From Octopus bimaculoides (taxonomy: Eukaryota), in contig NC_068994.1 of the NCBI RefSeq assembly GCF_001194135.2, positions 48,800,395-48,864,394 on the forward strand: a DNA stretch of 64,000 bases. Direction: 5' to 3'. How positions within the stretch are numbered: the first letter of the stretch is position 1; each line of letters opens with the position of its first letter. Made by a program: the position numbers and the translations under genes. The notes below the pieces were generated by a model, which saw only the letters and a list, made by a program, of their open reading frames with translations, was not told the DNA's origin and searched no databases. Positions 1 to 11,218 of the stretch are shown piece after piece.

Positions 1-505
1 GTTAAACAATGATGATATGTATTTTAGTATTTTTGTGTGCCTATCTTATCCATCTAGCTAGCTATCAATCTATCTCTGTATGTATCTCTAATCTATATAT
101 ATGTGTGTATGTATCTGTTTGCATTTGTATGTATTTATGTGTGTGAATTGTTGAAATTTTACACGCTAGAGAAGAGCAATGTGGAGAGGATAGCTGAAAG
201 CCTTGAACTAAAAGAGTGTTTATGGTATTCAAAATATTTCCAAATTTGTTTTTAAATTTAGATTTAGTAATCTTTGGGGAACATTTTCACTTATATTATT
301 TTAACATTCCATTAGTAATTGGACTTCACTTTAGTTTTATTGTAAGTTTTCTCTCAAGTATGCATTTTAATATTTTCAGATTTTTTTTTTCCCCCCTCAA
401 TTGCATTCATATATGACAAGACTTCAGATACTCAACTAGATCCAGTTTAATGTCTCTGAACCAGTCTTTGGCATGAGCATCGCTGAGGCAGTCTATCTTG
501 TTTAG

Positions 506-515
506 TGTTACTGAG

Positions 516-554
<39 letters not shown>

Positions 555-578
555 CCCCCCCACTGTTACTGAGCTAGC
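506..578 (-). mobile_element. Extremely 5'-truncated poly(A) retro-insertion with 15-bp TSD
   Basis: tgttactgagcttgc (506-520) and tgttactgagctagc (564-578) flank T32+gccccccccac. Confidence 0.65.
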
Positions 579-596
579 ATTTATTTTTGTTGTTAC

Positions 597-683
597 CAAG
601 CCAAGATATCATATCAGCAAAAGCTGATTTAAGAACTGGTTTCTGAAAATCCACTAAATTCATAAAAGTAACTTGATTGTTTT
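597..683 (-). CDS. Candidate internal exon (phase 1-1, NNQVTFMNLVDFQKPVLKSAFADMISWL), product unknown
   Basis: Minus-strand acceptor cttccttggataccag downstream of a poly-T run, donor TTG|gtaaca, open frame; no recognised homology. Confidence 0.25.
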
Positions 684-911
684 CTGGTATCCAAGGAAGT
701 TGTAGGTTAAATTGAAGTTCAAAAAAAAAAAAAAAAAAAAAAAAAACCCAGAAAAACATAACCTGGGGTTATTTGATATCTGCACACCAATCCTATTATT
801 AAAACTTTGTGTATGAAAGAGAAAGAGAGAGAGTGAGAGCAAGCATGTTGAAAAGCTTAGCACTCAAAATAAACAGCAGCTGGACTATATAACTTGGTGT
901 TCTTAATTTAG

Positions 912-1012
<101 letters not shown>

Positions 1013-1727
1013 AATATACAGAGTTTATAAAATTTCTAGATTAGTTTTCTGTATTCATTATAAATTATTATTTAATATTTGCACTGCTGTTTTGTCACTA
1101 AAACCCTGAGGTTTTGAATTCCCCTGTGTCACATTTGTGGGTCAAATCCCATTTATTGCTTCCAAACTTTCCTTTGTTCTTTCTGTGTAAGCGTGTTTGT
1201 TTATATATGGGTATTCTTTCACATAAGGGATGAGAAAATAATTCCATTTTATTTATTCTTGCTGGAATATGAAAGCCAGGAATGAGGGTGTTCATTGTCT
1301 TAGCCAATGACTATGAATAACGATGATGATGGTGGTTAAAATTATAGTGGTCATCATTGTTTGAGTGTCCGTTTCTTTCCCTCACGTGTTGGTCAGTGTG
1401 TGCTGTCATATAGTGATCCCTGCTCAAATTTCTCACATCTCATAAAACATCCTTCCCGGTTTGAACTTATTTTCTTCCCATGTCTTCTTTTCTGCTTCAG
1501 ATAAATACTACAATGTCATTTTTCATCTTTTGTAGATAATGTAAACAAGAGCGTCCATTGTCATGTTGCTTCGCAGCAGTTGTTGATCATTGTTAATGAT
1601 GATAAAAACAAATGATAAAAGTACTAAAGTATATGTGCATAAAAATCTATCTGAAATAAGTATCTGATTAATATAATGAAAGTTAAAATTTTCAGTCTTG
1701 GGAAAATTTTGTACATTAAAGATATCT

Positions 1728-2118
1728 CTTTTACTCTTTTACTTGTTTCAGTCATTTGACTGTGGCCATGCTGGAGCACCGCCTTTAGTCGGGCAAATCG
1801 ACCCCAGGACTTATTCTTTGTAAGCCTAGTACTTATTCTATCGATGTCTTTTGCCGAACTGTTAAGTTACGGGGACGTAAACACACCACCATCGGTTGTC
1901 AAGTGATGTTGGGGGGACAAACACAAACACACACACATATATACACACATATATATATATATATATACGATGGGCTTCTTTCAGTTTCCACTCACAAGGC
2001 TTTGGTCGGCCCAAGGCTATAGTAGAAGACACTTACCCAAGGTGCCACGCAGTGGGACTGAACCCAGAGCCATGTGGTTGGTAAGCAAGCTGCTTACCAC
2101 ACAGCCACTCCTGCGCCT
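1728..2118 (-). mobile_element. Near full-length tRNA-derived SINE, family 1 (CORE-type; resembles Octopus OR SINEs)
   Basis: Minus-strand head TGGCTGTGTGG (A box) and GGTTCAGTCCC (B box), then CORE-like GGCACCTTGGGTAAGTGTCTTCTACTATAG; more than 10 homologous copies in the window. Confidence 0.9.
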
Positions 2119-2160
2119 TGGTGACATTTCCAGCATTGTGAAGTATCTGCTGTACCTTAT

Positions 2161-3215
2161 GTAGTTCTTGAAAATGCAATATAGAAGTTCGAATTGATCA
2201 GTTAGGAAGAGCAGACTTATTTTACTCAATGATTGATGGAGATTTATTGATTGTCATTGTGAAAGCAGCTTGGATTGGAAAATGCAAGTGTGTAAAGGTG
2301 GCAGAATGCGTCAGAAGGTCTTAGTTTAATTCTTTTCACAATTACATGTTTTCCATTTGGTGACAATGTAACCTTCAATCAGGAGTTCATGCAACTTAAT
2401 TTTTTTTGAATTCTTGTTCTGTCACAAAGTCTGTTTATCAGTGCTTAAAGTATTGCAATATCCATTGCATCACATTTCCTTTACAAGGTCAAAATATGGG
2501 GAGAGATTCACTCTACCAAAGTTTAGACTGTTAGGAACAAACATTGATGAAAAAAATGTATAGATTTTCTTCCTCATTACAAGAATCAATGCTTTTGTTA
2601 GTGACTGTTTCTCCACTGAATATGTTAATAATTTCCTCGTTTGTAAAATCAACAACTGCATTTACTAATGGGGATAGTACTGCTCCTTCTGTGCATTGCT
2701 CAAAACTTGATATATCATTTCACATTCATTTGATACAGCTTCAATGCCATTTGGAAGCTCAGTCTTGCTATCAGTATCCTGTTGAACATGAGTCAGAAAA
2801 ATCAGCACTGTTATGCCTCCGCTTTGATTCTGTAGTTGCATATCCACGTTTCATTTTCATCACTCTCTTCCAAAATGAAGAATGTAGCAAATCTGTGCTC
2901 ATCTTGGCAGCTCTGCCAAATTTCTTTAAAATTGGAAGTATTTGCTAAAAGTTGCCTAGAAACATCAAGATCTTGCCACCCAAAGGTAAACCATTTTGCG
3001 AAATGATTTTCCTTTTGTGCTATCAACAGCTATGAACATGTGCTATCAACAGCTTCATGCGCATATCTCAATATTTGTGGAGCTTCATTCCAACAGATGA
3101 AACCATAGTCTTGAGTTATTTTTGCTAGTTTGCTGTTGACATCAATGCTGAAAACTGAAATTTGTAGTCAATATAAATTGGAATATAGAAAGTTATATGA
3201 GCTGATTAGAACAAC
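2161..3215 (-). mobile_element. Degenerate Helitron-type Pif1 helicase relic (stops and frameshifts)
   Basis: Motifs in correct order: SAHITFYIPI, FICWNEAPQILRYAHEAVD (Walker B), LGGKILMFLGNF*QILP, HFPIQAAFTMTINKS, YIAFSRTT. Confidence 0.85.
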
Positions 3216-3293
3216 GTTTTTAAAACAACACAGCCAGTCTTATACTTTTAGCAGTGAGAACTCATTGATTCAATCATACTTGTATCTGCACAG

Positions 3294-3311
3294 TCTGAGA
3301 CAGTGATTGCT
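3294..3311 (+). CDS. Candidate 18-nt microexon (SETVIA)
   Basis: tgtatctgcacag|TCTGAGACAGTGATTGCT|gtaagt; only the phase-0 frame is open. Confidence 0.2.
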
Positions 3312-4618
3312 GTAAGTATCCTATAAATTGTTCTTCCAAATGGTTTCCAATAGTTCTATATTTATAATTTTGTTAGAACTCTATAGAAACAAACATGTTG
3401 AAATTATTTGCTGTGTGAGGTTTATCATGTTAATCTAAGTTTATCAGCTAATGTGTGTATGGAAGACTTTTTTTTTTACTCCAAGAATTCAGTTGAAATA
3501 ACCTATGCCTTTGACTTTTTCGAATGTATTTTCTTCATAATTGACTATTTTCTTCTGTTCTATGGAGTGTGGCTCCTATTTCAGAAGCAGTAAAAGCCTC
3601 ATAATTTCTCATATACCATAAAGCAATGATCAAACTGAAATGTACTAAAAGACAAGTTGCCGAGTCAAGTGAGATATATGATAGGCAGGATGTAAATGCT
3701 TAAGAATACATAATGTTCATACAAGTTCAATGGAAGTGCCAAGGACATGGTTTTATAAGAATCAGGTATTAGTCCAGTTGAAAGCAGGTGAAAGATATCA
3801 CTTTCAAGTCCCTATATGTACACACTAGCTTTGAAGCTGGGTTCTGCTCATATGTGTTCCACTTCATGTGAAATTTAATCTTGTGTTGTAGAAGCAGTCA
3901 GTGTTAGTTCATTTAATTTTTCCAGTATACATCTAGTGTATGCATGATTTTGAAAATGTTAACATTGTCTTGAATTGACTGATAACATAAACTTAACTAT
4001 TCATGAGCTCTACTGTTGAGTTATATACATATAGTAAATATTCATCTACAGATGATGGAAAAAAAAAATTACATATAATACAGAAGACTTAACATAAACT
4101 GGATTGCAAACTTCACCTTATGCTTTACATTAAACATTAAATTATTAAATTATTACTGAAGCAAAAAAAGAAGAAAAGTGCAGTCCTTCTTCCAGATGGA
4201 AACAAAAATAAAATGGAAAAATAATGTGTAGTGAATGATACAACATTATAATGTATCATTTGATTTTTAGGAAACACCTCCCTCCACACTTCATTTCCAA
4301 AGGTCGAGTTGCTGGTCAGATTTGTGAAAGTCAAGGTCAAGTGTGTTTGTGAGTGAGTGAGTGAATGAGTGAGAGAGAGAAACACAGTTATTTTAGTAAT
4401 ATTGATTTTTTTATTTTATATTTGGACACATTTTCAAATTTATAGTGAAAATGTAAATTGATCCCTCCCATAATATAAAGGCAAAGTTGCTCCAAATTCA
4501 GAACATAGAGGGATCACTGCTAGGTTAAAAATAACAGTAATGATCTCTGTAAGATTGGTAGAAGGCCTCACGGTTTGAGAGAGGAGTTTAGTCAATTTAA
4601 TCAACTCCAGTATTTTAA

Positions 4619-4878
4619 ATAATAATAATAATAATAATAATATTAATAATAATGATAATAATAATCCTTTCTATTATTGGCACAAGGCCTGAAATTTGTG
4701 GGGAGGGGACTAGTTGATTACATCGACCCCAGCGTTTCACTGGTACTTAATTTATCGACCTCGAAAGGATGAAAGGCAAAGTTGACCTCAGTGGAATTTG
4801 AACTCAGAATGTAAAGCCAAGACGAAATACCGTTAAGCATTTTGCCAGGCTTGCTAACAATTCTGCCAGCTCGCCACC
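4619..4878 (-). mobile_element. tRNA-derived SINE, family 2 (Meta-domain-like) with (ATT)n tail
   Basis: Minus strand GAGTTCAAATTCC B box, then CTTTGCCTTTCATCCTTTCGAGGTCGATAAATTAAGTACCAG; (AAT)n at 4619-4665. Confidence 0.85.
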
Positions 4879-4909
4879 AAATAACAATAATAATAATAAC
4901 GATAGTAAT

Positions 4910-5201
4910 TAATTCTTACATAAGCACAAGGCTAGAAGATTATGAAAATGGGGTTTGATTAAATCGATCCCAGCATTTGACTAATGCTGTGTTGAACTTG
5001 GATGGTTGAAAGGCAAAGTTCAGAATTCAGGATGCTGTGAGTTGGAATGAATAATTGACGGGGTTTGATTATCAACTCTAGGAAGGATGACAGGCAGAGT
5101 TGACCTGAGGAGGGTTTTGAACTCAGACAGTAAAGAGCTGGAACTAGATACTACAAAACATTTTGTCCAATGTGCTAATGGTTCTGCCAATCCACTGCCC
5201 T
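4910..5201 (-). mobile_element. Additional degenerate family-2 SINE copies in tandem
   Basis: Repeated gcacaaggc, aaggatga-aggcagagttgacct and tttgaactcaga motifs homologous to 4661-4878. Confidence 0.75.
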
Positions 5202-5895
5202 AAATAATATTTCTTTCTAATAATAACTTTGCCCTTATAATAATAATAATAATAATAATAATGATAATATAATGCAAATAATTGTTTGTTGCTTAATTTT
5301 GGCATCTTACCCATTCTAGTCTGAATTGGTGTAGCGCAATTATTTGAGTGCCAATATCCCTGACCCCACCCTTCTCTCTCAATACAGAAGTTTAATGGAA
5401 GGATTAGAGCTCGGGACTACAAGTCTACAAGCCATGCATCAGTGGAACAGTCTTTTATTCTGCATGCTCCCCTTCTCCTGCCTCTCTGTCACTTATTCAT
5501 TTGCAGTTGTGGTTGGAAGAGTCAATAGTTATAGACATTCATATTCTGGAACTTTGTTGTGTTTGTGGGAAAGCAACTTAATTCTTAGTGACTCACCTCA
5601 TTTAATTGTAGATAGACAGCACTACAATGAAGCACAGATTACTGCTCTGAGTTGGTAAGCGTCACTGAACAATCAATTGGTATTTTAGTTAGTTTGTCAT
5701 GGTTATATTTATATACTCTTTGTTGAGTTTTAGTTGAAGAGTTGGTTTGTACTTTTCATGACAAGGTCTTCACTAGTGCTATAGATGTCCAGTGGTCTAT
5801 AAGATGCCATATGTCTGTCCGTCCATCTTTCTATCTATGTGCCTGTCTGTTCATCCATCTGTCTGTATCTATCTGTCTCTGCCTGTTTGTGTCTG

Positions 5896-5928
<33 letters not shown>

Positions 5929-5955
5929 TTCCTTCTTTCTTTCTTTAATTGGCAG

Positions 5956-6073
5956 CATGACCCTCCCAAACTACAGCAATATTTGTTTCAACACATGATT
6001 TCACACGAAGAGTCTTGTCAAAGAAATATAAAATTGAAATTATACCAACATTATAATCAGCTTTTCTGTGCTG
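5956..6073 (+). CDS. Candidate exon (HDPPKLQQYLFQHMISHEESCQRNIKLKLYQHYNQLFCA), product unknown
   Basis: Long pyrimidine tract plus ggcag acceptor; CTG|gtatgg donor; single open frame. Confidence 0.3.
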
Positions 6074-6092
6074 GTATGGGTTGGTTGGTGGC

Positions 6093-6163
<71 letters not shown>

Positions 6164-6812
6164 TGTGTTTATGTGTGTGCATTATATATGTATATATACA
6201 CATGCATGCACACATTTATGCATATAAACATATCTTGATAATATCAGAAATTGATAGCCTAGTGTGTTGTGCTTCAGACTGGGCTGTTCTCAACTCTGTA
6301 TGTATTTGTATACACTCACATACACATAATTATATGTCACATGCACGCACAAATACTTAATGAATTGATGAGATTTATATGAATACATTATAATTTGTCA
6401 GAAAGGTGTGTTTGTTATTCAACATTATAAAGAAAAGCACCACCCTTCAAATTGTTTTGTTTAAAGTGTGTATACAGAAAAGTCTACACCCCCCCCCCCA
6501 CACACACGCACGCACAAATGTGTGCGCGTGCGTAAGATTTGGCAGTTTTGGTCTGAGATCAAGTGGCTGTGAAATGCAAATGAAAACAGAATGAAAACAA
6601 ATGTGAGGGATTGGGGCAATTTGTTCTATAAATATTTTTACAACATATGATTCTGGGAATGGGTGTTTCTCTAGACTTCAAACATTTTCCTCCAAATGTC
6701 GAACTGTCTGAAACTGGCCGGACCTGCTGACATTATCCGGTTTTACTTATTTTTTTTTTTCCAGCTGTATTTTCACAGCTAGCTAGGTTGGTTAGCTGTG
6801 CTACTAGCTTAC

Positions 6813-6837
6813 CGATTAGTTTAGCAGTAACAGTGAG
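6813..6837 (-). CDS. Candidate 25-nt exon (LTVTAKLI)
   Basis: cacattttactcag|...TCG|gtaagc on the minus strand; one open frame. Confidence 0.2.
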
Positions 6838-6891
6838 CTGAGTAAAATGTGGTCTTGCTTTGGATGCCTACATATATTCCTTCACCCTTCT

Positions 6892-6933
<42 letters not shown>

Positions 6934-7062
6934 AAGTTTGAGTGGAGGGCTGGAGCTCAGTGCATTACTAGTGCAATGCTAGATTTTGAACTGATATTGT
7001 GGTTTTTGTTTTTTACTTCTTTTCCTCTTTCTGCTACTCTTTTGCCTTGTTACTTGTTTCAG

Positions 7063-7115
7063 TATCCCCCAGTGCCATTAAAACAGAAATTGAATACAGC
7101 AGTGCTTGTTATGTG
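7063..7115 (+). CDS. Candidate exon, open in two frames (YPPVPLKQKLNTAVLVM or SPSAIKTEIEYSSACYV)
   Basis: Very strong pyrimidine tract ending gtttcag; GTG|gtatgg donor. Confidence 0.3.
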
Positions 7116-7206
7116 GTATGGCTGGCTGGCTGGCTGGCTGGTGGTAGTGGTTGTGGAAGTGCTTTCTTTGTGAGTTATTACAAAGTTATGGCAGAACTGG
7201 CACTCT

Positions 7207-7513
7207 GTGTGTGTGTGTGTGTGCGTGCGTGCGTGCGTGTGGTTGTGTGTGTGTATGTGTATATATGTATGTGTATATATGTATGTGTGTGTATGTATGT
7301 GTGTGTATGTAAGTGTGTGTATGTATATATGTGTGTATATGTGTGTGTGTATGTGTGCATATGTAAGTGTGTGTATGTATATGTGTGTGTATGTATGTGT
7401 GCATGCATATGTGTGACTGTGTATATATGTGTGTGTGTGTGACTATATATGTATGCATGCGTGTGTATATGTATGTGTGTGTGTGTGTGTGTGTGTGTAT
7501 ATTGTGTGTATGT

Positions 7514-7544
<31 letters not shown>
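7207..7544. repeat. Long compound (TG)/(TA) microsatellite running into a gap
   Basis: Direct reading. Confidence 0.98.
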
Positions 7545-7970
7545 NNNNNNNNNNNNNNNNNNNNNNNNNNNNNNNNNNNNNNNNNNNNNNNNNNNNNNNN
7601 NNNNNNNNNNNNNNNNNNNNNNNNNNNNNNNNNNNNNNNNNNNNNNNNNNNNNNNNNNNNNNNNNNNNNNNNNNNNNNNNNNNNNNNNNNNNNNNNNNNN
7701 NNNNNNNNNNNNNNNNNNNNNNNNNNNNNNNNNNNNNNNNNNNNNNNNNNNNNNNNNNNNNNNNNNNNNNNNNNNNNNNNNNNNNNNNNNNNNNNNNNNN
7801 NNNNNNNNNNNNNNNNNNNNNNNNNNNNNNNNNNNNNNNNNNNNNNNNNNNNNNNNNNNNNNNNNNNNNNNNNNNNNNNNNNNNNNNNNNNNNNNNNNNN
7901 NNNNNNNNNNNNNNNNNNNNNNNNNNNNNNNNNNNNNNNNNNNNNNNNNNNNNNNNNNNNNNNNNNNNNC
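7545..7970. other. Assembly gap (one of 11; others at 11888, 21532, 28835, 34157, 37152, 42973, 45558, 47137, 52915, 55219)
   Basis: N-runs. Confidence 1.
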
Positions 7971-8467
7971 TCTATGTGGCCTGTGTGTTTTCTTCCCACT
8001 TTTTCTCACCTGCAACATTCCAAATTTGAACATTAACATCACATCTTTTATTTAGTGACTTTCATCTATCCCCCCGCCCCCCGCCCAAATTTATCTAAGA
8101 TAGCCAGGAAAGGGTTTTAGGCACTGCTCTTCCATTTCAAATGCCTCCTTGTCATCCTCTTCATCTTTTCGCCCGCCCCCACCACCATTAGCATTGTTTT
8201 CTTTATTTTTATTTTATTCACCTTCACATAATCGTCACCATTGTCCTCCTCATCATCCTCTTCGTTATCCTTACTGTCTTCCTGCTGCTTGTACCTATTG
8301 TCATTGTCACCCTTTACATCTTCTCTTCTTGCTTAAGGAATAATAATAAACCAACAATAAAAACTTGCAGTCTGATAATGTACTGCAACAAATGACAATT
8401 TGTATGATGTTACTTCCCAAGTTCTCACATCATCATCATGAAGATGTAGCTATTGTTTGTTGATCAG

Positions 8468-8588
8468 GGCCTACATCCACTGTTGTATCAAAGATGATAT
8501 CATTTCCATTTCTTCACGCTGTTATCATCAGCATTACCAGTTATCGTTGGAGAAATATCTAACAATGAGTTATAACTGTGTTGTGTCT
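8468..8588 (+). CDS. Candidate exon (AYIHCCIKDDIISISSRCYHQHYQLSLEKYLTMSYNCVVS)
   Basis: tttgttgatcag acceptor, TCT|gtatgt donor, one open frame; phase-compatible with 7063-7115 and 11160-11218. Confidence 0.25.
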
Positions 8589-8735
8589 GTATGTAGGATG
8601 AATGGGCTCAAGTATAACAGATTTAGGCCCTGTCTTATTGCTAAAGAGAACTAAATTCAGTTTCCCTGTTTTATTTCCTGATTTGGTTTTAGGAATGGTT
8701 AATAATTGATATTTGGAAAGGAAAAGATCACTTAC

Positions 8736-8809
8736 AAGAAGGTAAATAGCCAATCTGCCTAGGTAGGAACTATGGGTTATTGGCTTAGTGACTGTATTTT
8801 TTAGACTTC
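8736..8809 (-). CDS. Candidate exon (SLKNTVTKPITHSSYLGRLAIYLL)
   Basis: Minus-strand acceptor ttctccctaacctggtacaag, donor CTT|gtaagt; phase-compatible with 6813-6837. Confidence 0.2.
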
Positions 8810-10452
8810 CTTGTACCAGGTTAGGGAGAATAGTAAAGAAAAACAGAAGGAAAACTAATATTGTTCATCTGGTATTTATTTAATCATTTATTTGTTGAGA
8901 ATAAATATCTGGCCTCTGTTTCTGCATAATGAGTGAATGAAGGCATCATTGCATTGTGTCATTTACTTTTTACCTTTTGGTCAGAACAAAAAGCGAAAAG
9001 AAAAAAAAGAAAAGAAAGGAAACCGAAATAAACTAGCAGCCACTATGCAGTTAGATCACATGTTTCCTACTTAATCACTTAAAATCTATGCCTACAATAG
9101 GCTAAAAATAAAATATTTTGGTGTGTTGAAATTATTTTTGTTTATTGTTTGAGAGCCAGTTCAACATTTGAAAATAATTAATACCTTCCATTTGAAAATG
9201 GGTATTAGAAACTCAAGTAGGACAAAAGCGATCATAAAAATTAAATAGTCACGTTTCACTCAGGAAAGTTACTACTGGATTATTAAGAGGTGGTGGTGGT
9301 TGTTGGCAGTGGTGTTGGATAACTGAAGACTTTGTCTTCATGTGTTTCTTGAGAAAGTTAGTATTGTGTAGGAGAGTTAATCTCTCTCCAGGTCACGTCT
9401 GTTAGTAAGATTTGTGTTTGGTTCTGCAAGTTAACAAAACACCTACGAGTCTGCAAATTAAGCTTTCGTTTTGATATCCAAAATCATTTCACTTTCCCTC
9501 TGATCACTTTGTGAAAAGCATGTGCTTTTCCGTTAATATATATATATATATATATATCTGAATTTATGTCTATCTAACAAAGCAGTGCTACCTTCCATCA
9601 TATTATTGTTAGATTGACTGGGCTAATAGAAAATTATCTTGAGCATAGACACAAATGTTTCACAAGTGATGACACATACTAACACATTATTGACTCAGCA
9701 AGCTAATGTTGCTTTCTCTCCGGATATACGAATACTGGAGTAGCACTGGAGTCAATATGATGACTGACTCTGCATATATTTACCATAATATTTGATGGCG
9801 GGATAATGATATAGGTGATTTGATTGATAAATATGCTGTTCTTATATTATTAAAATTTTGGAAAAATTAGATACCAGATGGAATTTGGAGTTAGTGAAGA
9901 GAAGGATGAATAAAAAGAAAAAAAAACTTTAAGCGTTTATATAAACATATATTGTGGTACAATGTTGTAAAAATATGATGAAAATATATATCATGCTTGA
10001 AAGGTGAAAATGATTTTGATGCAGGTAATTAATTAAAAAAAGAAATAAGATTTATTAATATCTTTATTTTTACTTAGTATATTTCCGTTTAATATGATTT
10101 TTTTTCCCTGAGGTTTTCCATTATTACATTTTGGTAAACCAGGTGGTGGGATGAATGCAATCAGGTGATCTTAAACATCAGTTACTTTGGCATTACTTAG
10201 TCTTGTACTATAAGGTATTTAAAATGTGGTGTCTGAGCAGGTGTTTATCTCTGGTTTTAAGGTGAGAATCAGATGAAAGGAATATCTTCAGTAAACATTG
10301 TGTTATATCACAAGGTAACATTCTCAGAGATAAAGCTATCTTTCTAGAAACAATAAAATGTCTGCAACTGGATTTTAACTAGTGATCTGTGAAGATGTAA
10401 TCCAATATATTGAATCCATGTGGCCATTTTGCTTAGGAACAAGTAAAATCTG

Positions 10453-10636
10453 TTAACCTATTAGCATTTCAGCCGGCCATATCCAGCTCAAATATTCTAC
10501 CTCTTTTATGCTCAAACCAACCAGATCTGGCTTCTCACACTTACCCTACAATGTCATTTTAAAAGTAAGCAATCACATCAAAATCTCCAAGCTGTGAGAT
10601 ACATCTGACAAAGTAATCTGAATGTTAAAGGGTTAA
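10453..10636. mobile_element. piggyBac-type non-autonomous element (MITE), TTAA-flanked
   Basis: TTAA-CCTATTAGCATT ... AATGTTAAAGGG-TTAA; right half repeated at 35679-35804. Confidence 0.8.
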
Positions 10637-11159
10637 ATAAAACATTCTATGAAAGACATTGACTTTGAAGAGTTGAAACACTCCTAAACCCAAACCATTT
10701 CTGTTTGAAATCCATGCCAAATTCCATTCTCCAAGCAAAACTGAAGCATCAGCTTTATCATTCATGCCAAATGTAAATCAGAGTTGGTGAGTTCAGCACA
10801 CAGCTAGTCTTTGAGAAGTAGGTGTATGGTTAAGAGAATTATGTCTTTATGTCTCTGAAGAGATGGTTGTTTGGATTGTCCCATGATAATAATAATGGTT
10901 CCAGAATAGGCTTGGAACATTGATAAATTGAAAATCAAAACTTCTAAAATTAACTTTGGGGCGTCGGTAGAAAAAGGAAATGTGACTTGAGTTACTGCTG
11001 TAGAGTGATTAACAAAACAGCATTGTAAAGCACATACACACAAACACATCACATGCGTAGGTAGAAATACTCATCTGGTTTCTTTGCTAAATGTGAGAAC
11101 TAGGTTAACAAATGCCAGTATAGGTTATTTGGTTGACTTATATTCATTAGTATAGGTAG

Positions 11160-11218
11160 GCCATTGAGCAACTAGAGCAAGGTCATCAGGTCCTATCTCG
11201 GCTGGAAATGACATGGTG
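11160..11218 (+). CDS. Candidate exon (AIEQLEQGHQVLSRLEMTW)
   Basis: Open frame with GTG|gtatgt donor; acceptor is weak. Confidence 0.22.

Noticed and set aside
2040-2118. tRNA-like A/B boxes
   Set aside because: SINE heads continuing into CORE-like bodies, with no cloverleaf or acceptor stem; not tRNA genes.
2544-2948. 134-aa plus-strand ORF
   Set aside because: It is the antisense shadow of the Helitron helicase relic.
5344-5658. 104-aa ORF bounded by an acceptor at 5387 and a GTAAGC donor at 5655
   Set aside because: The peptide is unrecognisable and joining it to 5956 gives an early stop; not supportable without RNA data.
7178-8055. 200-273 aa ORFs near 7.2-8.0 kb, and similar ORFs at 37.1, 42.9, 45.4, 47.0 and 55.2 kb
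   Set aside because: They are open only because N-runs and dinucleotide repeats contain no stop codons.
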